Assembly (NCBI GenBank): GCA_000993205.1
Contig: LBVU01000004.1
Location: 27,338 to 91,337, forward strand
From: Candidatus Woesebacteria bacterium GW2011_GWB1_39_10
GTDB lineage: Bacteria > Patescibacteriota > Microgenomatia > UBA8517
DNA: 64,000 nucleotides
Direction of reading: 5' to 3'
Below, piece after piece: positions 9,661 through 18,878 of this stretch (position 1 is its first letter; each line of letters begins with the position of its first letter). The translations under genes and the position numbers were made by a program. The notes under the pieces were generated by a model, which was not told the DNA's origin, ran no database searches, and saw only the letters and a list, made by a program, of their open reading frames with translations.

Positions 9661-9852
9661 AACTAAATTATACCCTAACAAAAAACGAAAAGGGCAGGTA
9701 TCTGTCGATAAATAAAATTTGACAGAACCTGCCCCAATAATTTCTAAGTGCCACAAACACCTTGTCCTGCCGCATAAGCTTTGGCATGGCGGTATTTATG
9801 GCACCTATTCGCCAATTACCTTCCGGATAAAAATTCCGCAGGTATTTGGCAA

Positions 9853-9926
9853 GATGGCCGGGAAGGATTTGAACCTTCGATCTCTCAGATCCTATCTGAG
9901 CGCGTTAAACGACTACGCTACCGGTC
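9853..9926 (-). tRNA. tRNA-like, anticodon AGG (Pro-type?). One A-C mismatch in the acceptor stem; possible pseudo-tRNA
   Basis: Hand-folded cloverleaf. Acceptor TGACCGG/CCGGCCA, D-stem GCGT/ACGC, anticodon stem CTCAG/CTGAG with loop ATAGGAT, T-arm GAAGG-TTCAAAT-CCTTC. Confidence 0.4.
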
Positions 9927-9928
9927 AA

Positions 9929-10027
9929 AAGCGGGTGGAAGGATTCGAACCTTCGACCTTCTAACCATCTATGCCGTTCGGCACAGATTAAACAAGTTAA
10001 CTGCTCCACCAGTTTGAGCTACACCCG
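9929..10027 (-). tRNA. Atypical 99-nt tRNA-like gene. Perfect acceptor, D and T arms, but a ~25-nt insertion forms an 8-bp hairpin in the anticodon/variable region
   Basis: GCGGGTG...CACCCGC acceptor, GCTC/GAGC D-stem, GAAGG-TTCGAAT-CCTTC T-arm. The internal TCTGTGCC-GAAC-GGCATAGA hairpin leaves no canonical anticodon arm. Confidence 0.45.
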
Positions 10028-10144
10028 CACAAAAAAATTAAAGAACTAAAAGGAAACCCTCCGCAGGATATTGTTTCTCAGGGTTTCCTTGACCAGCCGG
10101 TTGTGTCGAATGACAAAACCGTTCCCATAGATATCCCTATGGTA

Positions 10145-10217
10145 AAGACGCCGCAAGGATTTGAACCTTGGATCCAGGTGCTGCGCACCTGAGCCTTGCC
10201 AGACTTGGCTACGGCGC
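10145..10217 (-). tRNA. tRNA-Cys(GCA), putative
   Basis: Acceptor GGCGCCG/CGGCGTC (one G-U), anticodon stem CAGGT/ACCTG with loop GCGCAGC, T-arm CAAGG-TTCAAAT-CCTTG, discriminator U. C33 is unusual. Confidence 0.55.
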
Positions 10218-10274
10218 CGAAAAACACCAGAACACGAGTCTACAAAAATTTAAAAACTTTGTCAATACATTTAG

Positions 10275-10544
10275 TTATTTTCTCTTTGAAGATTTTTTGA
10301 TTTCCTTAACCTCTTTACCGAAAAAATAAATATAAAGAATGTCCAAAATTCCCATTGTGTTTATTAATAATAACGCAATAAACCAGGGCTTGCTGTCCTG
10401 CTTTGCAGCCTTCCAAAGAGCCCAACCTTTCCAGAAAAGACTCCAGATCAAAACGGGTACCAAAAGTAAAGATAGTCCAGACATCATGTTTTCCCAAAGC
10501 GCTCCAGGATACCAATAGTTGCCATAACTATAATTCCACATCAA
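10275..10544 (-). CDS. Small hypothetical membrane protein
   Basis: 89 aa with two hydrophobic helices and a Trp-rich N-terminus. No recognisable domain. Confidence 0.35.
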   Translation of the reverse strand: MMWNYSYGNYWYPGALWENMMSGLSLLLVPVLIWSLFWKGWALWKAAKQDSKPWFIALLLINTMGILDILYIYFFGKEVKEIKKSSKRK

Positions 10545-11161
10545 ATTCTACTCACCTCCCCAAATCTCCTTTCAACTTCTTTCCAATTTACAATGCTCCA
10601 AAATGCCGCTATATACTCTGCTCTCATATTTTTATATTTTAAATAGTAGGCGTGTTCCCAAACATCTAAACAGAGAATGGGTGATAGCGAATAGCTGATA
10701 GTAGAATCTTGGTTTGAAGAATCAGATATTTCAAGTTTCCCATCATTTACAACAACCCATGCCCATCCACTACCAAAGTGTCCGAGAGCTACGGCTGAAA
10801 ACTTTTCTTTAAATGTGTCGAAGTTTCCGAAATCTTTTTGAATTTGGATCATTAGATTTTGTTTCGGATTTCGAATTTCGGAATTCGGATTTGGTTCCAT
10901 AATTTCCCAGAACATATTGTGATTTGCAACACCACCTGCATTATTTTTAACCTTTTGACGAATCTCCTCAGGAACCTTGTCGAGATTTTTGAGGAGTTCG
11001 TTTATATCCATATTTAGTAGGTCATCGTGACCGGCCAAAAGATCGTTCAAATTTTTAACATAGGAGGCATGGTGCTTGTCATGATGAATATGCATAGTTT
11101 CCTCGTCAACAAATGGCTCAAGTGCTTCGTAAGCATAGGGGAGGTCAGGAAGAATGAACAT
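10541..11161 (-). CDS. sodA: Superoxide dismutase (Fe/Mn family)
   Basis: 206 aa. HHDKHH N-terminal metal-ligand region and the C-terminal DVWEHAYYL signature. Contains an in-frame (TTCGRAA)n repeat insert at 10872-10903. Confidence 0.85.
   Translation of the reverse strand: MFILPDLPYAYEALEPFVDEETMHIHHDKHHASYVKNLNDLLAGHDDLLNMDINELLKNLDKVPEEIRQKVKNNAGGVANHNMFWEIMEPNPNSEIRNPKQNLMIQIQKDFGNFDTFKEKFSAVALGHFGSGWAWVVVNDGKLEISDSSNQDSTISYSLSPILCLDVWEHAYYLKYKNMRAEYIAAFWSIVNWKEVERRFGEVSRI
10872..10903. repeat. In-frame (TTCGRAA)-type heptamer tandem inside sodA (encodes SEIRNPK)
   Basis: gtttcggatttcgaatttcggaattcggattt read directly. Confidence 0.7.
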
Positions 11162-11202
11162 AATTAAATGTAACTTCCCTCAAGACTCGTGTCAACCCTC
11201 TA

Positions 11203-11259
11203 CCCAAGGACAGTCCTTGCATACGCACAAAAATCATTACTCAAGGACTGTCCTTGGGT
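11203..11259. promoter_or_regulatory. Two copies of a near-palindromic CAAGGAC-N-GTCCTTG site forming an 18-bp perfect inverted repeat, just upstream of a TTGACA-17-TACATT sodA promoter candidate
   Basis: ACCCAAGGACAGTCCTTG ... CAAGGACTGTCCTTGGGT read directly. Minus-strand TTGACA lies at 11191-11196. Confidence 0.5.
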
Positions 11260-11261
11260 AA

Positions 11262-11615
11262 TTAATCTACTTTGATAATCTTAGATGAAGAAACCAGTCC
11301 ACCTTCTATTTCAATCGCGACAACGTCAATTCTAAGTTTTTTGGGCAAGTCCGGATGGAGTAACGAATAATATTCACCTGTCTTTTTGATTTTGAATAAC
11401 TTGGACCTAGTGACCGCTTCTTCAGGAGCCCCAAACTTGCGTGACCATCTAGCCTTTACTTCTACAAAGACGAGAGTCTCCCCGTCCAATGCTACAATAT
11501 CAATTTCTCCAAAACGGGACCTGAAATTACGGTCTTTTATTTTGTATCCCCCAGATTCAAGAAGTTTTACAGCGTAATCTTCGGCAAGATTCCCAAGTTC
11601 ACTTGTTTTTACCAC
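11262..11615 (-). CDS. yraN: YraN-family (UPF0102) endonuclease
   Basis: 117 aa. GEIDIVA...LVFVEVKAR PD-(D/E)xK-like motif typical of YraN. Confidence 0.7.
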   Translation of the reverse strand: MVKTSELGNLAEDYAVKLLESGGYKIKDRNFRSRFGEIDIVALDGETLVFVEVKARWSRKFGAPEEAVTRSKLFKIKKTGEYYSLLHPDLPKKLRIDVVAIEIEGGLVSSSKIIKVD

Positions 11616-11967
11616 TCTTTATGCTAGCACGCACGGCAGCTCTTTTAAAAATCATTTCCACCTCTGTAGGTGCTTTCTCTCTGGTATAATAAAGTTTAGC
11701 GCGCCTAACTCCTTCTGTACCCTTCTTGATAATGAGAATACGATCGATTGAAGGAAGATTAAGAGGAAATATTTTTTCAACTCCTATTCCCCCTTCGGCA
11801 ATTTTTCTAACAACAAAAGTCTTTCCGGGCTCTCGGCCTCTGATCGCAATAACCATTCCCTCAAAAAAGGCCTCGCGGGTTTTGTCTCCATCTTTAATCT
11901 TTTGAACAACGCGGATTTTATCCCCAATTCCAAACTCGACTTGTTTTAGCGTAATTTTCAATGCCAT
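11599..11967 (-). CDS. rplS: 50S ribosomal protein L19
   Basis: The internal start MALKITLKQ, GDKIRVVQKI...FEGMVIAIRG...TFVVRKIAEGGIGVEKIFPL matches the L19 consensus. Confidence 0.8.
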   Translation of the reverse strand: MALKITLKQVEFGIGDKIRVVQKIKDGDKTREAFFEGMVIAIRGREPGKTFVVRKIAEGGIGVEKIFPLNLPSIDRILIIKKGTEGVRRAKLYYTREKAPTEVEMIFKRAAVRASIKSGKNK

Positions 11968-12011
11968 AGGGGCTATTGTATACGAAACAAAGTCGCGGCT
12001 CAAGTCACATT

Positions 12012-15000
12012 TTACGATTTTGCTGTTTCCAGAATATCTGTTATTCCTTTGGCTAAGGTCTCGTTCCAGAATATTTGAAAGGGTAGCTTGACTTTTTTAC
12101 CTCTTTTTGAGATACCGTTATTGTCAAAAATCAAATAAGCTGTTTGGTCTCCGAGACTGCTAGTTAAAAGGTCTTTTAATCTTCTCAGAGTATTCGCGTC
12201 GGCGCTTGCCGGTATTTTGATATAAACTTCTCGTTGCTTTTTTTCGCTCAGACTGCTTAATGTTTCAATATTTTCTACAAGGATTGAAGGAGTTTCATCC
12301 CGAAAATCTACCTTACCCACTACCAACAATGGCTTTCCTTCAAGCCAAAAATCCCTGGTAGATTTAAATATTTTAGGAAAAACTACCAGATCAATTTGGC
12401 CCGTGCCATCGTCAACTTTAACAAAAGCCATTTCGGCACCGCTTTTTTTAGTGGTAATTACTCTAACTCCACTCACAACCGCAGCAATTCTTACTAAATC
12501 CGAATAATATTCTTCAGGAGTGATTTCATAGATTTTATGAGTCGATTGAAACTCCAAGGGTCCCACGAGCTCACTTATTGGTCTTGCCGTCAAAGAAAAC
12601 CCCAATAGTTGCCGCTCAAGGGACTCTAATTCATCGTCGCCGAATTCCTGAATATTTTCTATCGTTATCACTGAAGCCGCTTCAGTTTTTTTTAAATCTC
12701 CGATGGCAAAAAGTCCCGGTTGATTATCGTCTCCCTTGGGAACGCTTACTTTTTCCCGAACTCTATCAATTGATGCCAGAAGTGCAGAACGCCCGCCAAA
12801 CATATTCATTGCGCCGACTTTTATTAAACTTTCGAGAACCTTTTTATTCACTTTTCTGGCATCTACACGACTCAAAAAATCAGCAAATGATTCGAATTTT
12901 CCTTTTTTTCTGGCAGTTAATATTATATCGATTGCCACTGCTCCGACATTTTTTACTGCCGAAAGTCCGAATCTTATTGCTCCATCTTGTATGGTAAACC
13001 CTATATTGCTCTCGTTTATATCAGGAGACAATACTTTAATTTTCATTCTCCTGCACTCGTTGACTGCCATCGAAATTTTATCTTTATCGGACGCTTCGGC
13101 TGTCAAAAGAGCCGTCATGTATTCAACCGGGTAATTGGCTTTCATATAGGCCGTATAATAGGCCACAATCCCGTAGGAGGCAGCATGGGCTTTATTAAAT
13201 CCGTATGATTGAAATGGTTCAAAAAGTTTCCAAAGTGTCTGAGCAAATTCTTTGGTTTGCCCATTTTTCACGATTCCCGATTCGAATTTCTCTCTTTGAG
13301 CCGCCATTTCTTCGGGAATTTTCTTTCCTACGGCTTTTCTGAACTTGTCAGCTTCCTCCCAACTATAACCGGCGAGGTCAATTGCGCAGAAAAGCAAATC
13401 GTCCTGATAAATTATTAAACCGTAGCTTGCTCCTAAAAATTTTTCCATCCTGGGATCTAGGTATCTCACCATCTTTGGATTTGATTTTCTTTTAATATAT
13501 TCCGGAATAACTGCTAAGGGCCCCGGACGATAGAGAGCAACCATGGCCATTAAATCCTCAACACGGTTGGGCTTGAGTTCCTTTAGGTATTTTGTCATGC
13601 CCCCGCTTGCAAACTGAAAGACCCCCATTGTTTCGCCACGGGCAAGCATTTCGAAAGTCTTTTTATCGGTTAAAGGAATTGTGTGAAGATCGGTTTTTGT
13701 GCCGTAAGTTTTTTCCACAATGTCGATAGCTGAACCTAAAATGGACAGGTTTCGAATTCCAAGAATGTCAAATTTTATTAATCCAACTTCCTCTGCCGCG
13801 TGCATTTCGTATTGTGTTATTATTTTTTCACCCGACGGCTCGCGTTGAATCGGAGAAAAATCAGTTATATTGGTTGGCGCAACTACTACGCCCGCTGCAT
13901 GGACAGAAACATGTCTGGCACTTCCCTCGACTTGCATTGCTAAATCCAGTACCTTTTTTGTTTCAGCGTCGGTTCCGTATAAGTCTCTAAGTTCAGGTGT
14001 TTCTTCAAGGGCCTTAGAAATAGTTATAGGAAAACCCTGTTTTGGAGGTGGAATCAGTTTTGCAATTTTGTCTCCCACATTATATGGATACCCCAAAACA
14101 CGTGCCACATCGCGCACGGCAGCCCGGCTTAGCATTCTTCCGAAAGTGCATATTTGAGCCACATTATCTTTGCCGTAAGTTTTGGTTATATATTCAATAA
14201 TTTCGTCGCGTCTATCGTCCGCAACATCGAAATCAATATCGGGAGGGCTTGGACGATAAGGATTAAGGAATCTTTCAAAGGGCAAATAATAAGTTAGCGG
14301 GTTAACTGTAGTAATTCCCAAAACATACGAAACAAGGCTCCCTGCGGCCGAACCTCTGGTATTGGTAATAATTCCGACTGAGGCGGTCCAATTTGCCAAA
14401 TCTCTAACTATTAAAAAATATGCTGAATATCCTTTTTGACTTATAATATCGAGTTCATGTTCAAGTCGTATGAGTTCTTCAGGGCCTGCGTCAGGGAGCT
14501 TTTCACTCAGTTTTTCGTGTGCAAGTTTACCTAACTGTTCATCAGCCGTTACTCCGTTTGGTAATGGGAACTTGGGAAAAAACCATTTTCCAAGCGTAAT
14601 TTCCACATTACATTTTTCGGATAGTTTGACCGTATTTTCTAACGCGTCGGGATAGTCAGGAAATAGTGCCGCCATTTCCGAAGGAGACCGAACGTAAAAT
14701 GTCTGCGCGTCTATATACCTTAAACGTTTGGTTTCACTCATAGTTTTGCCTGTAGCTACACAAACCAGCGCATCCTGGGCGAAGGCATCTTCTTGTTTTA
14801 TATAGTGGGCATCATTGGTTGCAACCAGCGGGATCCCATATTCCCTACTGAGTTTGATTATTCCGGCATTCCATTTATTTTCGGTTTCCTGAAGTTCGTT
14901 TAATGTACTTTTTATTTCTGCTGTCGGTGCTTTTGTGAGCCACTTTGCATATTCGTGTCTTTGTATTTCAAAATAGAAATCATCCTTGAATGTGTCTACA

Positions 15001-15497
15001 TAAAAATCGACAAGGTTTTTGATATTTTCTTTATCATCCCTGGCAATTGCCTGCCCAATTTCTGCCTGCGGACAACCCGACGTACAAATTAAACCTTTTG
15101 AATACTTTTTTAATGTTGCGTGATCCATTCTCGGGCGATAATAAAAACCGTCAACTTGAGCAATTGAAGCCAGTTTCATTAAATTTTTATAGCCTTCGTT
15201 ATTTTTAGCCAAAAGAAGTATATGAAAGTTTTGCGCCCTGCCTTTTTCTGCTTTTTCATGAAGATCACCCGTAGTTATATACCCCTCCATTCCCAAAATT
15301 GGTTTTATACCCTGTTTGAGTCCCTCTTTATAAAACTCAACCTCTCCGTACATTACTCCGTGATCTGTTATGGCGACAGATTCCATCCCTTGTTCTTTGA
15401 CATGATTAAAGAGTTTCTTGATTTTACTTAACCCATCAAGAAGTGAATACTCTGTGTGAACATGAAGATGGGCAAATTTAGACATTTTCTGATTCAA
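12012..15497 (-). CDS. dnaE: DNA polymerase III alpha subunit
   Basis: 1161 aa. N-terminal PHP domain HLHVHTEYSLLDG, polymerase core and a C-terminal OB region. Confidence 0.9.
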   Translation of the reverse strand: MNQKMSKFAHLHVHTEYSLLDGLSKIKKLFNHVKEQGMESVAITDHGVMYGEVEFYKEGLKQGIKPILGMEGYITTGDLHEKAEKGRAQNFHILLLAKNNEGYKNLMKLASIAQVDGFYYRPRMDHATLKKYSKGLICTSGCPQAEIGQAIARDDKENIKNLVDFYVDTFKDDFYFEIQRHEYAKWLTKAPTAEIKSTLNELQETENKWNAGIIKLSREYGIPLVATNDAHYIKQEDAFAQDALVCVATGKTMSETKRLRYIDAQTFYVRSPSEMAALFPDYPDALENTVKLSEKCNVEITLGKWFFPKFPLPNGVTADEQLGKLAHEKLSEKLPDAGPEELIRLEHELDIISQKGYSAYFLIVRDLANWTASVGIITNTRGSAAGSLVSYVLGITTVNPLTYYLPFERFLNPYRPSPPDIDFDVADDRRDEIIEYITKTYGKDNVAQICTFGRMLSRAAVRDVARVLGYPYNVGDKIAKLIPPPKQGFPITISKALEETPELRDLYGTDAETKKVLDLAMQVEGSARHVSVHAAGVVVAPTNITDFSPIQREPSGEKIITQYEMHAAEEVGLIKFDILGIRNLSILGSAIDIVEKTYGTKTDLHTIPLTDKKTFEMLARGETMGVFQFASGGMTKYLKELKPNRVEDLMAMVALYRPGPLAVIPEYIKRKSNPKMVRYLDPRMEKFLGASYGLIIYQDDLLFCAIDLAGYSWEEADKFRKAVGKKIPEEMAAQREKFESGIVKNGQTKEFAQTLWKLFEPFQSYGFNKAHAASYGIVAYYTAYMKANYPVEYMTALLTAEASDKDKISMAVNECRRMKIKVLSPDINESNIGFTIQDGAIRFGLSAVKNVGAVAIDIILTARKKGKFESFADFLSRVDARKVNKKVLESLIKVGAMNMFGGRSALLASIDRVREKVSVPKGDDNQPGLFAIGDLKKTEAASVITIENIQEFGDDELESLERQLLGFSLTARPISELVGPLEFQSTHKIYEITPEEYYSDLVRIAAVVSGVRVITTKKSGAEMAFVKVDDGTGQIDLVVFPKIFKSTRDFWLEGKPLLVVGKVDFRDETPSILVENIETLSSLSEKKQREVYIKIPASADANTLRRLKDLLTSSLGDQTAYLIFDNNGISKRGKKVKLPFQIFWNETLAKGITDILETAKS

Positions 15498-16134
15498 TTA
15501 TTCTAACTTGATTTCTACCGGCTTTTTTTGCTTCATAAAGCTTACCGTCAACCTTTTGAAAAAAATCCTCAAACTTTCCACTCTTAAAAATGCCTGCTCC
15601 CAAGCTTACTGTTATTCCGGGAATAACTTCGTGGCTGACTGTAAAATGATCGATTCCTGCAATTTTGATTCTAAGACGTTCAGATATCTCTTTTAGTTCT
15701 TTCTCATTTTTAAAAAAACCAAGGATACCTATTTCTTCTCCACCCCACCGGGCGATAAAATCACCCTCTCGCAACGATTCCTTGAGACTGTTTCCGACAA
15801 GAGCCAGGACTATGTCACCGACACCGTGGCCATATTTGTCATTGAAATCTTTGAAATGATCAATATCAGCTATAATGAATCCAAACTCTACTCCTTCATC
15901 AACTAATTTCTGTACCTTTTTGTCAAACTCGCTTCTGTTCGGCATTTTCATTACGTTATCTTGAGAACCTTTTAAATCGGCTATTGTCAGCATTCCTGTC
16001 AACATTTTTCTTACTTGCTCCTCATTAAAAGTCCCATCTTTCAACCCATCGAATATCCTATCAACTCTTGCCCTATGATGATCTTTTCTACTTAATAATT
16101 CAGAACCGGCAGGTAAGTTCGTTTTCTCACTCAT
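15478..16134 (-). CDS. GGDEF-domain protein (diguanylate cyclase-like) with a variant GGEEI active-site motif
   Basis: 218 aa. DHFKDFNDKYGHGVGD and RWGGEEIG read directly; the Phe of the GG(D/E)EF motif is replaced by Ile. Confidence 0.65.
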   Translation of the reverse strand: MSEKTNLPAGSELLSRKDHHRARVDRIFDGLKDGTFNEEQVRKMLTGMLTIADLKGSQDNVMKMPNRSEFDKKVQKLVDEGVEFGFIIADIDHFKDFNDKYGHGVGDIVLALVGNSLKESLREGDFIARWGGEEIGILGFFKNEKELKEISERLRIKIAGIDHFTVSHEVIPGITVSLGAGIFKSGKFEDFFQKVDGKLYEAKKAGRNQVRIIESENV

Positions 16135-17468
16135 TTTTGTATCCCTTCTAAAAGTTTCTCACGTACAATTTGTGGGTTTCCCTTTCCTTGTAGTTTTTTT
16201 TGTGTCATGCCAATCAAAAATCCTATCACGTTGCCATTGCCGGTTTGATAATCGGAAACCGCTTTCTCATTTTCTATTAAAACACTTTTCACAGCGTTTT
16301 CAACTTCTTCGTTTGACGAATATGCGACACTTGTTAATTCGATTATTTTCTTGACTAACCCCGCCGGTTCCGGAAACTCTTGATCCAATTTTCTATTTAT
16401 CATCAAATCCGCTATCGTCCTTGCTGACAGGGTCGCACCCTGTCCAAATTTACTCTGAGCTTGCCGAAGGGCTTCCTCAAAATAATTAGCTCGGTCCAAG
16501 TCTGAAACCAAAATATTCGCAAAGTCTTTCGAAAGTTCGTATTCTTTCTCAAATCTCACCCGTTTCTGTTCCGGCAGTTCAGGAATTGTTAATTGTAAAT
16601 TCTTAATTATTAATTCCGAAAGCTCTATCGGGGGTAAGTCAGCTTCAGGAAAATATCTGTAATCATGGGCGTCAGCTTTTGAACGTTGAGAGAATGTAGA
16701 TTGTTTAACTTCATTGTAACCTCTCGTTTCCTGCACCAACTCCTCCCCTTTTTCTAAAGCTTCGGTCTGTCTTTTAATTTCCACAGAGGCGGCTTTTTCC
16801 AAAAACTTAAACGAGTTGATATTTTTTAGTTCGACTCTATAGTTTGGTAATTTATTCGCAATTACCTGTTCGCTATTCGCTAACGATATATTTGCTTCCA
16901 GTCTCATACTCCCTTTTTCCATGTCTGCGTTACTTATTCCCAAATACCGAACAATCAGTTGAACATCTTTGAGAAAAGAAATTATACTTTCTATGTCATG
17001 AAAATCAGGTTCAGTCACCATCTCCATTAAAGGAACCGAACTCCTGTTAAAATCAATTAAAGAAGATTTGACCCCGTCGATTGTTTCGTGAACAAGCTTC
17101 CCCGTATCCTCCTCAAGATGAACTCGTCGAATTCTTTTACCGGCAAAATTTCCACCAACACAAAACGGCAAATCGTACTGAGAGATTTGATAACTTTTTG
17201 GGAGATCTGGATAAAAATAATGCTTTCTGTCGAATTTGCTAAATAAATTAATCGTAGACCCCATCGCAAGACCAAACTTGATTGTTGAAATGACAGCTTC
17301 ATAGTTTGTATAAGGAAGTGCTCCGGGTAATCCCATACAAATAGGGCAAACTTGTGTATTTGGTTTTTTGCTAAAATGATCGGCTGAACATGTGCAAAAT
17401 AGTTTAGTTTTAGTGGCAAGTTCAATGTGAACTTCCAGACCAATAATTGGAATTAATGTGTTTTTCAT
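16131..17468 (-). CDS. gatB: Asp/Glu-tRNA(Asn/Gln) amidotransferase subunit B
   Basis: 445 aa. IGLEVHIELATKTKLFCTCS N-terminus typical of GatB. Confidence 0.85.
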   Translation of the reverse strand: MKNTLIPIIGLEVHIELATKTKLFCTCSADHFSKKPNTQVCPICMGLPGALPYTNYEAVISTIKFGLAMGSTINLFSKFDRKHYFYPDLPKSYQISQYDLPFCVGGNFAGKRIRRVHLEEDTGKLVHETIDGVKSSLIDFNRSSVPLMEMVTEPDFHDIESIISFLKDVQLIVRYLGISNADMEKGSMRLEANISLANSEQVIANKLPNYRVELKNINSFKFLEKAASVEIKRQTEALEKGEELVQETRGYNEVKQSTFSQRSKADAHDYRYFPEADLPPIELSELIIKNLQLTIPELPEQKRVRFEKEYELSKDFANILVSDLDRANYFEEALRQAQSKFGQGATLSARTIADLMINRKLDQEFPEPAGLVKKIIELTSVAYSSNEEVENAVKSVLIENEKAVSDYQTGNGNVIGFLIGMTQKKLQGKGNPQIVREKLLEGIQK

Positions 17469-17471
17469 TTT

Positions 17472-18869
17472 TTAGAATGCAACTTTTGGAACATAATCAA
17501 TAGCTTTGTGGTAAAGTTTGCCTAATTCAAAAAGTGCCGGCTCCGAAAATCTCGAACCCATCAGCTGAAACCCAAGAGGTAAACCTTGTTTTGAAAACCC
17601 GCTTGGAAGGGCAAGAGAAGGAATTCCGCAAAGATTCGCCGTGGCAGCGTAAACATCGGTTAAATACATTGTAAGAGGATCCGAAACTTTATCTCCCAAC
17701 TTAAACGGCGGGGTTGGGGCAACCGGGGCGATAAGAGCGTCCACTTCATCAAATACTTTGTCTACCTCACTAATTATTTTAGATCTGACCTTCATGGCTT
17801 TAAGATAATAAGCATCGTAATATCCTGCGGATAAAACATAAGTTCCAAGCATTATTCTTCTTTTTGCCTCATCCCCAAAAGAATCGCGCCCATTTCCGTA
17901 GCGTATTCCGTCAAATCTTCCCAAGTTAGATGAAACTTCAGCCGGCTGAATAACATAATAGACGTCAATTGCATATTTAGTGGAAGGAAGAGCCACTTCT
18001 TTAAATTCAATTCCTTCTTTTTTCAAAACTTCTATCCCTAGGGTTATTGTTTTTTCAACCTCCGGATCAATCCCCTCAGTAAAAAACTCTTTCGGAATCC
18101 CCACTCTTAATTTCGAATTTCGAATTTCGAATTTCGAATTTACGACAGTGCCGTCATATCCATCTTCTCCTTTTATAACATTAAAAACAGTCTCTACATC
18201 CTCAACAGTTCTCCCTATGGGCCCAACAGTATCCAGTGAAGACGCCATCGCAATTACCCCATACCGGGACACTGCGCCATAAGTGGGTTTGATCGCAACG
18301 CTAAAACAATAATTCGCAGGCAATCTAATAGAGCCGCAGGTATCGGTTCCTGTTGTAATCAAACTCATATTCGCCGCAAGCGCGGCACCGGAACCACTTG
18401 AAGATCCTCCGGGCACATATTCCTTATTCCAAGGGTTTTTTGTAGGACCAAAATCGCTATTTTCACCTGATGAGCCATGCGCCCAGGCATCGCAGTTCAA
18501 TTTACCTATCGGGATTGCCCCGGCATTTTCTATCCGGGATACGCTGGTTGCAGAGTAAGGCGGAATGTAACTTTCCAAAACTTTTGACCCTGCAGTGGTT
18601 CTAATTCCTTTTGTTAAAAAAATATCTTTATATCCAACCACAACCCCTGCCAATGGATTTTCTTTGAAAAACTCTTCAGTATATTGATCTAGATCATTAA
18701 ACTTTTTAGCCTTGGAATATGCGATTTCATCAGAAGTTGTTAAAAAGATATTATATTCTTCATTATATTTTTTAATTCGTTCGAGATACGCGTCCACAAG
18801 TTGCACAGCAGAAAATTCCTTTTTGATAAGTCCATCTTGCGTTTCTTTAATTGTTAGTGGAATTTTCAT
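17472..18869 (-). CDS. gatA: Glutamyl-tRNA(Gln) amidotransferase subunit A (amidase signature)
   Basis: 465 aa. GGSSSGSGAALAA amidase signature and the GKLNCDAWAHGSSGENSDFGPTKNPWN block. In-frame (AATTTCG)x4 insert at 18109-18141. Confidence 0.88.
   Translation of the reverse strand: MKIPLTIKETQDGLIKKEFSAVQLVDAYLERIKKYNEEYNIFLTTSDEIAYSKAKKFNDLDQYTEEFFKENPLAGVVVGYKDIFLTKGIRTTAGSKVLESYIPPYSATSVSRIENAGAIPIGKLNCDAWAHGSSGENSDFGPTKNPWNKEYVPGGSSSGSGAALAANMSLITTGTDTCGSIRLPANYCFSVAIKPTYGAVSRYGVIAMASSLDTVGPIGRTVEDVETVFNVIKGEDGYDGTVVNSKFEIRNSKLRVGIPKEFFTEGIDPEVEKTITLGIEVLKKEGIEFKEVALPSTKYAIDVYYVIQPAEVSSNLGRFDGIRYGNGRDSFGDEAKRRIMLGTYVLSAGYYDAYYLKAMKVRSKIISEVDKVFDEVDALIAPVAPTPPFKLGDKVSDPLTMYLTDVYAATANLCGIPSLALPSGFSKQGLPLGFQLMGSRFSEPALFELGKLYHKAIDYVPKVAF
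18109..18141. repeat. (AATTTCG)x4.5 tandem inside gatA (encodes NSKFEIRNSKL)
   Basis: taatttcgaatttcgaatttcgaatttcgaattt read directly. Confidence 0.8.
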
Positions 18870-18878
18870 GCCTAAAAA

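Noticed and set aside
10026-10140. Two hairpins (GGAAACCCT...AGGGTTTCC and CCATAG-ATATCC-CTATGG) between tRNA genes, considered as CRISPR repeats or ncRNA
   Set aside because: Single copies with no repeat-spacer periodicity. Most simply tRNA-processing or terminator structures.
12578-14157. Several 70-140-aa plus-strand ORFs
   Set aside because: All lie inside dnaE on the opposite strand.
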